Shown here piece by piece: positions 1 through 13,875 of a stretch of DNA of 64,000 nucleotides. Source of the DNA: Felis catus (lineage: Eukaryota); assembly GCF_018350175.1 (NCBI RefSeq), contig NC_058368.1:124064001-124128000 (forward strand), written 5' to 3'. A program made the translations under genes and the position numbers. Below the pieces are notes generated by a model, which saw only the letters and a program-made list of their open reading frames with translations, made no database searches and was not told where the DNA came from. Position 1 is the stretch's first letter, and every line of letters begins with the position of its first letter.

Positions 1-364
1 ATATCTTGAAATATGGGATTGTGATACCTTCAGTTTTGTCCTTCTTTCTCAAGATTGCTTGGGCTTTTCAGGGTCTTTCGTTATTCCACACAAATTTCAG
101 TATTATTTGTTTTAGTTCCATGAAAAGAGCTATTGGTGTTTTGACAGGGCATTGAATCCGTAGATTGCTCTGGGTAGTATAGACGGTTTAGTGGTTGTAA
201 GCCTTCCAGTCTATGAGCATGGAGTATTTCTCCGTTAGTTTGTGTCTTCTTGAGTTTCTTTCATCAGTGTTTTTTAATTTTCAAAGTACAGGTCTTTCAC
301 CTCCTTGATTAAGTTTGTTCCTAGGTATTTCATTCTTTTTGGTGCAATTGTAAATGGGATTGTT
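1..364 (-). mobile_element. L1 ORF2 fragment
   Basis: Homologous to the ORF2 segment at about 3390-3735 of the next L1 (gggattgtgat...gtgcaattgtaaatgggat). Confidence 0.85.
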
Positions 365-1974
365 TGATGAGATGTAGTATCCATTTACATCATTTTATCC
401 TCATAAACTACCTTTATAGGTCTTGAATTGAGCACCTTATGTCTCCATTTTAGACCTTTTTAATATGTTCTGATCAGTTAGATTGAGGTATAGGGTATAG
501 AATAGGAAGGGAATATAATGGAACATTCTCAAGCAAAGAGGCTAATGTCTAATTAATCTTTAGTGGTTATTACCCCATATTTTATTATGAGAGCTTCCCA
601 TTACTAAGTAAGTTATTTCTCAGCCCCCTGACAGGACTAAGTATTCTGTTATATTTTTCTGACCAAAGGCCCTTATCCTGTTAAGGTCAACATAGTCTAA
701 AAACACTTGTCAAATCTCTGTCCTTTGTTTGTTTGATTTTTTAAATTTTTATTTATTTATTTTTTACTCTCTCATGTTTATATCTTTTCTAGGTATTTTT
801 TAAACCTCTAACTCTGCCAACCCTTTCTGGATATGACTTGAAATCTTGCTTTGTAGTTTTGGAAAATGAGACATGACTGAAAATGAAACAACCCATTTGG
901 CTATTTCATGATCCTGAGGGAGATGTGAAGAGACTACATGTGAAAAGGACATTTCACTGTACTCTTTGTCAGGATTGCTGTTTCATAAGCTTTGCCAGGG
1001 CAGAATAAATGAATTAAAGCACGGAATGTTTTCATGGGCTTTTGTAGGATCATCTGGATCCATTTCCTAAAATAGGACTGCTAAGCCTGTTCCAGGATAA
1101 GGTCTGGGGATGATTCTGATGATACCACAGTGGTGTTCCTCTTGACTCTAGTTTGTCTTCAGTGCATTTTGGAAACCAAATCCAAATGGTACATAGAAGC
1201 AGGAAACCAAAGGATCCTGAGGGACCACATGAAGAACATGGTGAGCCAGGACCCTTCTGTAACAGGGAGATCAAATCCTGGGACAATGGCCTCAACAGCC
1301 TCACCTGCCATGTCCTGAACCAGAGTCATTGGAATCCCACTGGAACAAAATGGACTTTGTCTTCCTTCATTTTTGTTACCCCACTTTACTTTTCCCATAT
1401 ATTTCTCCCTTCTAGCACTCACCTTAGCCCTGGGTTATTCTGATAAACACCCTTGCTTAAGAACCACTGGTCATACTTACCTTATAAAGAAATATCACAT
1501 ATAGATAGATGTATATTAATAACTTTCCTGTTTTCTCTCTTGAAATCTGTTCGAATTATCACTGCATAATAAATTACCTCCAAACTAAGTGACATAAAAC
1601 CATATTATTTCACCGTTTCTGCTGGTTAGGTTTCAGCATGTAGCTTAGCTAAGTCCTCTGTTTCTGGGTCTTTAACAAAGCTGCTGTCAAGGTGTTACCT
1701 GGGATGTAGTCATCTCAGGGCTGGACTGGGCAAAGATGTGCTACAAAGCTCACTCAAATTTTTCACAAGATTTAGTTCATATCAGGTTGTTGGACTGAAG
1801 ACCTCAGTTTCTTACAGCCTATTGATCAAAGGCTGTCCTGTGAGTTCCTTGCCATGTATGGCTCTCTGTAGCACAGTTCACAACATGGCTGCTAGCTTTG
1901 TCAGGGCAAGTGAGAGGGCAAAAGAGTATGAGAAAGACAGAAGTTAAAGTTTATTTATTTACTTACCAAATATA

Positions 1975-4900
1975 TTTTATCTTCTTTTTTAATATGAAAT
2001 TTATTGTCAAATTGGTTTCCATACAACACCCAGTGCTCATCCCAACAGGAGCCGTCCTCAATGCCCATTACCCACTTTCCCCTCCCTCCCTCCCACCATC
2101 AACCCTCAGTTTATTCTCAGTTTTTAAGTCTCTTATGGTTTGGCTCCCTCCTTCTCTTTTTTTTTTTTCCTTCCCCTCCTCCATGTTCTTAAGTTTCTCA
2201 GGATCCACATAAGAGTGAACACATATGGTATCTGTCTTTCTCTGTATGGCTTATTTCACTTAGCATAACACTCTCCAGTTCCATCCTTGTTGCTACAAAA
2301 GGCCATATTTCATTATTTCTCATTGCCAAGTAGTATTCCATTGTGTATATAAACCACAATTTCTGTATCCATCCATCAGTTGATGAACATTTAGGCTCTT
2401 TCCATAATTTGGCTATTGTTGAAAGTGTTGCTATAAACACTGGGGTACAAGTGCCCCTATGCATCAACATTCCTGTATCCCTTGGGTAAATTCCTAGCAG
2501 TGCTATTGCTGGGTCATAGGGTAGTTCTATTTTTAATGTTTTAAGGAACCTCCACACTGTTGTCCAGAGTGGCTGCACCAGTTTGCATTCCCACCAACAG
2601 TGCAAGAGGGTTCCCGTTTCTTCACATCCTCTCCAGCATCTATAGTCTCCTGATTTTTCATTTTAGCCACTCTGATTGGCATGACTCAGTGTGGTTTTGA
2701 TTTGTATTTCCCTGATGAGGAGCGACGTTGAGCATCTTTTCATGTGCCTGTTGGCCATCTGGATGTCTTCTTTAGAGAAGTGTCTATTCATGATTTCTGC
2801 CCATTTCTTCACTGGATTATTTGTTTTTCGGGTGTGGAGTTTGGTGAGCTCTTTATAGATTTTGGATACTAGCCCTTTGTCCGATATGTCATTTGCAAAA
2901 ACCATTCCCTTGGTTGCCTTTTGGTTTTGTTGATTGTTTCCTTTGCAGTGCAGAAGCTCTTTATCTTCATGAGGTCCCAATAGTTCATTTTTGCTTTTAA
3001 TTCCCTTGCCTTTGGAGATGTGTCAAGTAAGAAATTGCTAGGGCTGAGGTCAGAGAGGTTTTTTCCTGCTTTCTCCTCTAGGGTTTTGATGGTTTCCTGT
3101 CTCACATTCAGGTCCTTTTCCATTTTGAATTTATTTTTGTGAATGGTGTAAGAAAGTGGTCCAGGTTCATTCTTCTGCATGTTGCTGTCCAGTTCTCCCA
3201 GCACCATTTGTTAAAGAGACTGTCTTTTTTCCATTGGATATTATTTCCTGCTTTGTCAAAGATTAGTTGGCCATACATTTGTAGCCAGTTCTGGGGTATG
3301 TATTCTATTCCGTTGGTTTATGTGTCTGTTTCTGTGCCAATACCATGCTGTCTTGGTGATTACAGCTTTGTAGTAGAGGCTAAAGTCTGGGATTGTGATG
3401 CTTCTGGCTTTGGTTTTCTTGTTCAATGTTACTTTGGCTATTCGGGGTCTTTTGTGGTTCCATACAAATTTTAGGATTGCTTGTTCTAGCTTCGAGAAGA
3501 ATACTGGTGCAATTTTGATTGGGATTGCATTGAATGTGTAGATAGCTTTGGGTAGTATTGACATTTTGACAATATTTATTCTTCCAATCCATGAACATGG
3601 AATGTTTTTCCCTTCTTTGTATCTTCTTCAATTTCCTTCATAAGCTTTCTATAGTTTTCAGCATACACATCTTTTAAATCTTTGGTTAGGTTTATTCTAG
3701 GTATTTCATGATTCTTGATGCAATTGTGAATGGGGTCAGTTTCTTTATTTGTCTTTCTGTTGCTTCATTGTTAGTGTATAAAAATGCAACTGATTTCTGT
3801 ACATTGATTTTGTATCCTGCAACTTTGCTGAATTCATGTATCAGTTCTAGCAGACTTTTGGTGGAGTCTATCGGGTTTTCCATGTATAATGTCATCTGCA
3901 AAAAGTGAAAGCTTGACTCCATCTTTGCCAATTTTGATGCCCTTGTTTTCCTTTTGTTGTCTGATTGCTGATACTAGCACTTCCAACACTATGTTAAACA
4001 ACAGCGGTGAGAGTGGACATCCCTTTTGTGTTCCTGATCTCAGGGGGAAAGCTCTCAGTTTTTCCCCATTTAGGATGATACTAGCTGTGGGCTTTTCATA
4101 AATGGCTTTTTATGATGTTTAAGTATATTCCTTTTATTCTGACTTTCTCGAGGGTTTTTATTAAGAAAGGATGCTGGGTTTTGTCAAATGCTTTTTCTGC
4201 ATCGATGGACAGGATCATATGGTTCTTATCTTTTCATTTATTAATGTGATGTATCACATTGATTGATTTGCAAATGCAAAAAGCCCTGCAGTCCAGGAAT
4301 GAATCCCACTCAAACATGCTGAATAATTCTTTTTATATGCTCTTGAATGCGATTTGTTAGTATCTTGTTGAGAATTTTTGCATCCATATTCATCAGGGGT
4401 ATTGGCCTGTAGTTTTCTTTTTGCTGGGTCTCTGTGTGGTTTGGGAATCAAAGTAATGCTGGCTTCATAGAATGAGTCTAGAAGTTTTCCTTCCCTTTCT
4501 ATTTTTTGTAATATCTTGAGAAGGATAGGTATTATCTCTGCTTTGAATGTCTGGTAGAATTCCCCCGGGAAGCCATCTGGTCCTGGACTCTTATTTGCTG
4601 GGAGATTTTTTGATAACTGATTCAATTTCTTTGCTGGTTATGTGTCTGTGCAAGTTTTCAATTTATTCCTGTTTGAGTTTTGGAAGTGTGTGTGTGCTTA
4701 GGAATTTGTCCATTTCTTCCAGGTTGTCCAGTTTGTTCGCATATACTTTTTCATAGTATTCCCTGATAATTGATTGTATCTCTGAGGGATTGGTTGTAAT
4801 AATTCCATTTTCATTCATGGTTTTATCTATTTGGGTCCTCTCCCTTTTCTTTTTGAGAAGCCTAGCTAGAGGTTTATCAATTTTGTTTATTTTTTCAGAA

Positions 4901-6712
4901 AACCAACTCTTGGTTTTGTTGATCTGCTCTACAGGTTTTTTAGATTCTATATGGTTTATTTCTGCTCTGATCTTTATTATTTCTCTTTTTCTGCTGGGTT
5001 TGGAGTGTCTTTGCTGTTCTGCCTCTATTTCCTTTAGGTGTTCTGTTAGATTTTGTATTTGGGATTTTTCTTGTTTCTTGAGATAGGCCTGGATTGCAAT
5101 GTATTTTCCTCTCAGGACTGCCTTCGCTGCATTCCAAAGCATTTGGATTATTGTATTTTCATTTTAATTTTTTTCCATATGTTTTTTAATTTCTTCTCTA
5201 ATTGCCTGGTTGACCCATTCATTCTTTAGTAGGGTGTTCATTAACCTCCATGCGTTTGGAGGTTTTCCAGACTTTTTCCTGTGGTTGATTTCAAGCTTCA
5301 TCACATTGTGGTCTGAAAGTGTGCATGGTATGATCTCAATTCTTTTGTACCTATGAAGGGCTGTTTTGTGACCCAGTATGTGATCTGTCTTGGAGAATGT
5401 TCCATGTGCACTCGAGAAGAATGTATATTCTGTTGCTTTGGGATGCAGAGTTCTAAATGTATCTGTCAAGTCCATCTGATCCAATGTATCACTCAGGGCC
5501 CTTGTTTCTTTATTGACCGTGTGTCTAGATGATCTATCCATTGTTGTAAGTGGGGTATTAAAGTCCTCTGCAATTACCACATTCTTATCAATAAGGTTGC
5601 TTATGTTTGTGATTAAGTGTTTTATATACTTGGGGGCTCTCGTATTTGGTGCATAGACATTTATAATTGTTAGCTCTTCCTGATGTATAGATCCTGTAAT
5701 TATTATTTAATGCCCTTCTTCATCTCTTGTTACAGCCTTAATTTAAAGTCTAGTTTGTCTAAGTATGGTTACTCCAGATTTTTTTTGACTACCAGTAGCA
5801 TGGTAGATAGTTCTCCATCCCCTCACTTTCAATCTGAAGGTGTCCTCAGGTCTAAAATGAGTCTCTTGTAGACAGCAAATAGATAGGTCTTGTTTTTGTT
5901 TTTTTTTTAATCAGTTCTAATACCCTATGTCTTTTGGTTGGAGCATTTAGTCCATTTACATTCAGTGTTATTATTGAAAGATACGGGTTTAGAATCATGG
6001 TGGTGTCTGTAGGTTTCATTCTTGTAGTGGTGTCTCTGGTACTTTGTAGTCCTTGCAACATTTCATTCACAGAATCCCCCTTAGGATCTCTTGTAGGGCT
6101 GGTTTAGTGGTGATGAATTCCTTCAGTTTTTGTTTGTTTGGGAAGACCTTTATCTCTCCTTCTATTCTGAATGACAGACTTGCTGGGTAAAGGATTCTCA
6201 GCTGCATATTTTTTCTGTTCATCACATTGAAGATTTCCTGCCATTCCTTCCTGACCTGCCAAGTTTCAGTAGATAGGTCTGCTACTATTCTTATGTGTCT
6301 ACCTTTGTAAGTTAGAACCTGTTTATCTCTAGCTGCTTTCAGAATTTTCTCTTTATCCTTGTATTTTGCCAGTTTCACTATATGTCATGCAGACGATGGA
6401 TTCAAGTTTCATATGAAGGGAGTTCTCTGTGCCTCTTAGATTTCAATGCCTTTTTCCTTCCCCAGATCAGGGAAGTTTTAGCTATGATTTGTTCAAGTAC
6501 ACCTTCAGCACCTTTCTCTGTGTCTTCTTCTTCTGGAATTCCTATGATACAGATATTGTTCTCTTTGATTGCATTACTTAGTTCTCTAATTCTCTCCTGA
6601 TACTCCTGGATTTTATTTCTCTTTTTCTCAGCTTCCCCTTTTTCTATACTTTTATCTTCTAATTCACCTATTCTCTCCTCTACCTCTTAAATCTGTGCTA
6701 TGGCTGCCTCCA
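1975..6712 (-). mobile_element. Feline L1, 5'-truncated within ORF1, with disrupted ORF2 (EN, RT, C-terminal)
   Basis: ORF-track peptides match ORF1 (KILKAARDK..IVADLSTETWQ..ILYPASLSF) and ORF2 ([33 protein letters not shown]). 3'UTR and poly(A) are at the left end. Confidence 0.97.
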
Positions 6713-6956
6713 TGTTTTTAAATATTTCAATATTTTTAATGTTATTTTAAATGTTTATTCACTTTTTAGAGAGAGAGGAGCAAGCAAACAGGGGAGTAGC
6801 AGAGAGAGAGAGAGAGGAGGGACACAGAATCCAAAGCAGGCTCCAGGCACCCAGCTGTCAGCACACAGCCTGATGTGGGACCTAAACTCAGGAATTGTGA
6901 GATCCTGACCTGAGCCGGAGTCGGATGCCCAACTGACTGAGCCACCCTGGTGCCCC
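6713..6956 (-). mobile_element. SINEC (carnivore tRNA-derived SINE)
   Basis: Ends ...gccaccctggtgcccc, with an (AG)n tract and a T-rich tail. Confidence 0.9.
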
Positions 6957-7031
6957 TGAAGTTAAAATTTAAAAACCTTAAGTGACATCCCTTAACTTTT
7001 GCTGTATTCTTTTAATTAGAAGTGAGTTACT

Positions 7032-7260
7032 GGGGCATCTGGGTCGCTCGCTTGAGGGTCTGACTCCTGATACTGGCTCAGATCATGATCTTGTTGTTGT
7101 GGGATCAAGCCCCATGTCAGGCTCTGTGCTGAGTGGAGCCTGCTTGGGATTCTCTCTCTCCCTGTCTGTCTGCCCCCCCCCCAACCCATGTGTGCATGCT
7201 CGCTCTCGCGCTCTCTCTCTCTCTCTCTCTCTCTCAATAAATAAATAAATAAATAAATAA
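7032..7260 (+). mobile_element. SINEC
   Basis: ggggcatctgggtc head, (CT)n tract, (AATA)n tail. Confidence 0.9.
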
Positions 7261-7934
7261 ACTAAATGTACATTACTAGTTCCAATCTACATTCAAGACA
7301 GCATTATACAGAGTGTGAATAACAAAAGGCAAGAACACTGGGAGACCTTGTGTCTAGAAGCTTTGTAACCACAGAATATAAATTATTACATAAATGATAT
7401 AAAATTAAAAACAAGAGTCTGGATGTGAATCCTGTTCTATATGCTTAAATATAATACCACAAATTAAAAGTTCATTTGGAATCTTCTATCTGATTGAAAT
7501 AGTAGGGACTTTATCTCAGTCATTATGGGGATCACTCTAACCCCAACACATGGAGTTGGCTGGGATTTTAGGTCATGAACAGCAACCACCAAAGCTGTGG
7601 GCAGGCCCTTCAGATCAAGCTCATGGAACCTCCAAATCCTTAATCTGTCCCCAATCTGAAGTTGGGTCAGAGCTTTTTTACTGTTACTCTCTGTTTCCCT
7701 TCTAGGCACTTCGTCTCCCTTCCCTGAGTTACCTTTTCCATTAATCTGGGCTTTCCCTAACCACTGAACAAGTCATGTTCTTCACGTAGACATTTCCAGT
7801 TTGTTCACCTTCCTGAGTCAAAAACAACAATGATCCTGTTTCTTGCTCATAATGGGGAAGAAAGGAAAAATAGTGGAATGTTAATATCTCAAAACTATCC
7901 TGTTGCACAACATATAAAGAGAAAAACTTCTTAG

Positions 7935-9225
7935 ATACCATTTAAAGATTTTTCACCAAGCTGTTCAATATGGTTATTATCTTAGGGTTTCTGTTTGTTG
8001 GTTCCACTATCTGAGTCATGTCTTAGTTTTGTTCTGCTAACTATATCTTGACAAATTTTACTCAAATTCCATTCATGGGTAAAGAATCAGGTAAATAATT
8101 TTTATACCTGGAAATAGATGTACTTCTTCTGGCAGGCCATCAGTGTGGGGACTTGATGCAGCCTAGCCAGATTTTGAGCTTGGTTTGAGCTTCAGTGTAT
8201 CCTAGGCTGCAATTTTTTTTTTTTTATTTAACAGTGGGTTGCTATTACCTTTTGCTTAGAGTGAGGTCTGGGGTCTACCAGACCCGGGTCTACCACAGCA
8301 GGGGTCTCTCTCCCCCATCAGAAGACCGTGGGTGCTGATTACCTGGATGCTATACTTATGGCTGTCCTGGCATAACAGAAGTTGTCCTATGGAAGACTTG
8401 TACTCCTAAGCCTTGGGGGTGTGACTTTCTCAGCATTTCTACCTTTCCTCCTCTTGGCAGCTAGCCTGTGTCTGAGATCTGTAGTTGGTCTAGGGCAAGA
8501 GAGGGTTTACTCTGTATTCCAGTGGTAGCAGATTTTGGGATAGAAGTGCCAGATACTGAGCCTGAGCTTCTTTCCTGCCCCTGCCCAATGAGTAGAGAGG
8601 TTTTGTTTTTACCTGTTTCCCAGTGGCTAATGGATCTTCTCCTGTGTCCTGAAGTTAGAAGATTTTCCTGTCATCTTCCAGAGGCAGTGAGGTTTGCTTT
8701 TATCTCCTTATAGAAGAAGTGGAGTTTTGTCTGTGCCCTAGTGGCGAGGGGGTTCTTTGTGCTTTGATACTGTTGTAATCAGTTGATTTCATCTTGCCGT
8801 TTGCTTCACTGAGGAGGTCCGGTGGGGGTGGGTGAGTGCAGTCTCTTGGCCCATCCCAGTTTTTCTTGTGAAAGTCAAAGGAGGAGTCTGGTAAAGAGCT
8901 TGTTTGTGACTGGGTTCTCCCAACTACTTGAAAAAGAAATGCTAGTCCACACTTGGCATTAATGATTCATTATAAGTCTTTGTGACCTGTTATCTATTTG
9001 TATGATGGTCACTTCTTTCTCCTTTTCTTGTTCAAGGTGAAACAGTTGGTATGATCTGTCTCTCTTTGCAGGAACTTGCCCATGTTTAGAATTCCTTTTG
9101 TTGGTTGCCTTAGGATCTCAGCTCTTTGATGGGCTCAAGAAAAATCTTTGTGTATTAGCTGGCTGTGTTTGTTGTTGTTAAGGTGGAAGTTAAATTTTCT
9201 TGGAGTTTTCTATATTGTAAGCAGA
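7935..9225 (-). mobile_element. Ancient L1M-type 5' region remnant
   Basis: Degenerate T-rich text resembling old L1M 5' sequence. Family not resolved. Confidence 0.4.
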
Positions 9226-9771
9226 AGTCTAAGTTCAATTTTCTATAACAATAAATCAGCAATGGTATTTCCCACAAACACAAATTTAAGTAATCTCAAA
9301 GGTAAAGGTTGTATTACAAAAACAGAACACAAAAGTCCCTACTCTTAGTTAATGTAGAATCTCCTAGAGTGCTTCTTACTGGAACAAAAGCAACAGCAAC
9401 AACATGCACACTGTAATTAGAGGAGGAGTGTACATCCATCTCCTGGGAAAGGAACCTTTATCCCAACTTGGTTAATGCTTATGTTCTTAGTGTCTTCAAG
9501 ATACCTGTTATTTGCATAAATATCTTTCAGTTTTTTAGTTTATCCATAGTACAAAATGTTACCTGTGTCAACTGTTTTTCCCTTCTTTCAAAATTCTTTA
9601 TTAAATTGGAGTTTGAATCCTGTGGTCTCTGATTTCAGCTCTATCTTTCCCAAACTCATTTGGATCCTATGCTTCTTTAGTACCTAGACCTTTATTTTTT
9701 ATCTGCTCCTCTGGGCCCTTCAAATAAATGTTTGTGTGCATATTGTAAATCAGCTCTCATTTCCACTTTAT

Positions 9772-9955
9772 TTTTTTTAATGTTTATTTTTGTGAGAAAA
9801 TGTGAGCAAGGGAGGGACAGAGAGAAGCAGACAGAGCGTCCAAAGCAGGCTTTGCATTCAGAGTGCAGAGCCCAATGTAGGGCTCTAACTCATGAACTGT
9901 GAGATCATAACCTGAGCCAAAGTTGGATGCTTAACCGAGTCACCCAGGCACCCCC
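9772..9955 (-). mobile_element. SINEC
   Basis: TSD ctcatttccactttat on both sides. Confidence 0.92.
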
Positions 9956-10260
9956 CTCATTTCCACTTTATGATGGGTTTTTTTTTGTAATAAATTTATT
10001 CTTTCTTCCCTTTCCCTTCACATATCCTCTGACTACCAGAACATAGATCCCTAGAATTGACAGAAAAATCCAGAAATTAATCTAATTTGTGATAGGAATA
10101 ATACTTTGATTCAGTAGAATAAGAAATCCTTGATGAATGAAAAGTAAATTCCATATAGATTAGGTATTTAAATGTAAAAGATTTAAATGTAGAATGAAAA
10201 AAATCTCAAAACTTATAAATCAAGATTGTAAAAAAGAAGCTATAAAAGAAAAATTGAACG

Positions 10261-10385
10261 GTGAAGGGGATTAAGAGTACATTTATGATGAGCACTTAAT
10301 AATGTATAGAATTGCTGAATTGTTATTTCACCTGAAATAAATATAACACTTTGTCATAATTATACTGGTATTTAAAAAAAAAGAA
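10261..10385 (+). mobile_element. Short carnivore L1 3' end
   Basis: gatgagcac...tgtatagaattgctgaa...cacctgaaa...aatataacact followed by an A tail. Confidence 0.75.
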
Positions 10386-10824
10386 AAATAATTCTAAACA
10401 AAAGCTCCTAGTTAATACTTCTGCAGCCGAGCCATAGACTCTACTTTGAAAAGTTCTAGGGCACATTGACTAGTTCTCAGCTAGTATTAACACAGTGAGA
10501 GAAGCTTGACTATTATCTGTGTATATCCTTTTTGTTTATAATGGTTTAGATGTAATGATGTGGAAAAACCATTTGGTATTTGTGGTTATATGAAAATGCA
10601 AATAATGTTTTCCATTCATGGGTCTTAAACATTCTTGAAGAATAATTAGTGAGGTAAATTCTTGAAAGGCTTGTAGAGTTTCCCAGAAAGCACAATACTC
10701 CATTAGCTCTTGGCATTATAACATAATGGATCCATTTGTAAGAGTTTCCTTGGAAAGTTATATGATTCTATTATATTTCAGAAAAATAGACTTCAAAAAC
10801 CCACTTTATTTTTCAATTTTAAGG

Positions 10825-11202
10825 TTTTTTTGTTTTAATTCTACTGTAGTTAACATACAGTGTTATGTGTACAACATAGTTAATGTACAGTTTCAGGTGT
10901 ACAGTATAGTGATTCAACAATTCTATGCATTACTCAGTGCTCATCAGGAGAGTATACTCTTAATCTCCTTCACCCCACCCACCTCCCCTCTGGATAACCA
11001 TCTGTTTTTTCTCTATAGTTAGGAGTCTGTTTCTGGATTGGTTTCTCCCTTCCCCTCCCCCTCCCTTTGCTTGTTTGTTTGTTAAATTCCACATTTGAGT
11101 GAGATCATACGATATTTGTCTTTCTCTGACTGGCTTAATACTCTTAGCATTATACTCTCTAGCTCCATCTATGTTGTTGCAAATGGCAAGATTTCATCCT
11201 TT

Positions 11203-11253
<51 letters not shown>

Positions 11254-12341
11254 CACACCACATCTTCTTTATCCATTCATCTATCAATGGATACTTGGGC
11301 CGCTTCCATAGTTTAGCTATTATAAATAATGTGGCAATAAATATAGGTGTGCATGTATCCCTGTGAATTAGCTTTTTTGTATTTTTTGTGTAAATACCCA
11401 GTGCGATTACTGGATCATAGGATAGTTCCTTTTTTAATTTTTTGAGGAAACTTCCTACTGTTTTCCATAGTGGCTGTACCAGTTCACTCCCACCAAGAGT
11501 ATGTGAGGGTTCCTATTTCTCTACATACTGTCCAACACTTGTTTCTTGTGTTTTTGATTTTAGCCATTTTGACAGGTGTGAGGTGATATCTTACGTAGTT
11601 TTGATTTGTATTTCCTGATGATGAGTGATAATGAGCATCTTCTCATGTGTCCGTTGGCCTTCTATATTGTCTTTGAAGAAATATCTGTTCATGTCTTCTG
11701 CCCACTCTTTAATTGGATTATTTGTTTTTTGGATGTTAACTTTGATAAGTTCTTTATATATTTTGAATACCAACCCTTTATTAGAGATGTCATTTATGAA
11801 TACCTTCTCCCATTCAGTGGGTTGTCTTTGAGTTTTGTTGATTGTTGCCTTCAGTGTGCCCAGGCTTTTTATTTTGATGAAGTCCCAGTAGTTTATATTT
11901 TGCTTTTGTTTTCCTTGCCTTAGGAGACACATGTAGAAAAAACTTGCTACAACTCATGTCAAAGAAATTACTACTTGGGTTCTTTTCTAGTATTTGTATA
12001 GTTTCAGGTCTCATATTTAGGTCCTTAATCCATTTTTGAATTTATTTTTGTGTAAGGTGTAAGAATGTGGTCCAGTTTCATTCTTTTGCATATAGCTGTC
12101 CAGTTTTCCCAGGACCATCTGTTGAAGAGGTTGTCTTTTTCCCATTGAATATTCTTGCCTCCTTTGTCAAAGATTAATTGGCCATATAAACATGGGTTTA
12201 TTTCTGAGCTGTCTGTTCCATTCCATTGATCTTTGTGCCTATTTTTGTGCCAGTACCAAAATATTTTGATTTCTGCAGTTTTGTAATATAACTTCATATC
12301 TGGAATTGTGATGCCTCCAGCTTTGTTTTTCTTTTCAAGAT
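10825..12341 (-). mobile_element. Carnivore L1 3' fragment (ORF2 C-terminus and 3'UTR)
   Basis: Peptides [23 protein letters not shown] and INYWDFIKIKS. Confidence 0.93.
11205..11250. repeat. (GT)n microsatellite
   Basis: Perfect GT run inside the L1. Confidence 0.95.
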
Positions 12342-12948
12342 TCATAAATGGACCACTCAGCATCTGGATTGGTACTAATTATGTTCCATTCTTTGTGAAA
12401 TGGAATTGTCATTTAAGTTCTTGTTTGTAGTTTAGATGAGAAGCCTAGATGAGAAAGGCTGCCAGAGATTTTTGCAGTTTTAATACAATTAATTTACAGA
12501 TAGCTGTGTAATTATCTCCTGCTATAATTATTAAAACAGGAAGATGAAATCAAGAGTTTAGTTAACAGTAATGGAAACAGAAACATCCCTCTGACCTGTG
12601 CCTAGAGGATATTCCTTGATTTTCCCCTATAACTGTTTTGTCCTGAAATAATAAAGAATTAAGTCTTCATATGAGTGCCACAGAAACATGAGGATATTTT
12701 TCACCAGTCAGCCTCTGAGAATAAGAATGTTTCATTTTTAGCTGTGTAGGATCCATGGTGTCACTCAGTTACCTTGTCCTAAGCAGGATCTGGTCCCTAG
12801 TGTGCTTTTCTCATTAGGTAAATGTCACTGCTGTCCTTAGATCCTTTTCTTAGCAGATGGCCATTTCTCCTATTTTAGTGGGGGAAACTGAGGCTATTAG
12901 GTGGAAAGGACTGTAATCTACATATACATTCATTCAAGCCCATTCTTA

Positions 12949-13140
12949 TTTATTTGAGAGAGAGAGCTAGAGAGGGAGCATGCACCAGTTGGGGAGGGGT
13001 AGAGAGGGAAACAGAAGATCTGAAGTGAACTCTGTACTGATAGCAGAGAGCCTGATGGGGGGGGGCTCAAACTCATGAACCATGAACTCACGACCTGAGC
13101 TGAAGTCAGATGCTTAACCAACTGAGCGACCCAAGTGCCC
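12949..13140 (-). mobile_element. SINEC
   Basis: TSD attcaagcccattctta. Confidence 0.92.
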
Positions 13141-13875
13141 TAATTCAAGCCCATTCTTAATTCTGAGAGGACAAATAAATACATACACTCTACCTTCCAT
13201 TCCACCAATGTGTCCTTTTTTACAGTGTTCTTATCAGACTTAAGCTTCTTTCAGAGGACATGCTGCTTCCTCACTGTGCACCCCTCCTGTTGCATCCACT
13301 TCCTGCTGCCAAAACCTCATTGTAGCTGGCTCCAAGAATACTCTTCAAGAAGAAAATGGATTTATTTTAACAAAACATGTGATTAAGAGTTGGGATGATT
13401 ATGTATTAGGTGGAAGGTATAGGCTTCTCATATCAACAAAAGAATAGAAAACAAAAACTTGAGGAAAAACAAAAAGGTCTACTAGAAAGTCATTGTCCAA
13501 TTAGGAATAAATGGGGCATGATTTTGAGGATTAGAGTAGAGTTTAGGAAAAGATAATCCAGTTGACTTCTCCTCCCCCCTTTTTTTTTTGAAGTATACTC
13601 AATCTAGTGTGACAATTTGAGGGACATGGGATTGCATTTCTTTTTCTATATGTGCAAAACACTACTTGATTCTGCTGTGATTACAGATTAATCATATTAT
13701 AAATGCTATTTATTAACATTTAAGTTTAAGAATCAAGGTATAGGAAAAGCATGGATGGCCTAATTAAAATAATGTAAAATTTACAAAACTTTGAGAGTAT
13801 AAAACTATAGCTGAAGAATTTCAGAAGAGGAATAGGGGAGAAGAGAGGTCAGGGTAAGTTTGATTAAAACTAGAG

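Larger units (their letters stand above)
1548..7372. mobile_element. MaLR (MLT1F/G-like) LTR split into 1548-1948 and 6958-7372 by later insertions
   Basis: Typical MLT1 text (ctgcataataaattacctccaaac..., cacaacatggctgctagcttt, gtgacatcc...gtattct...ttagaag, terminal accaca). Confidence 0.65.

Noticed and set aside
1050..1443. Cluster of overlapping short ORFs on both strands
   Set aside because: No recognisable protein, repeat family or convincing splice structure; could not be supported.
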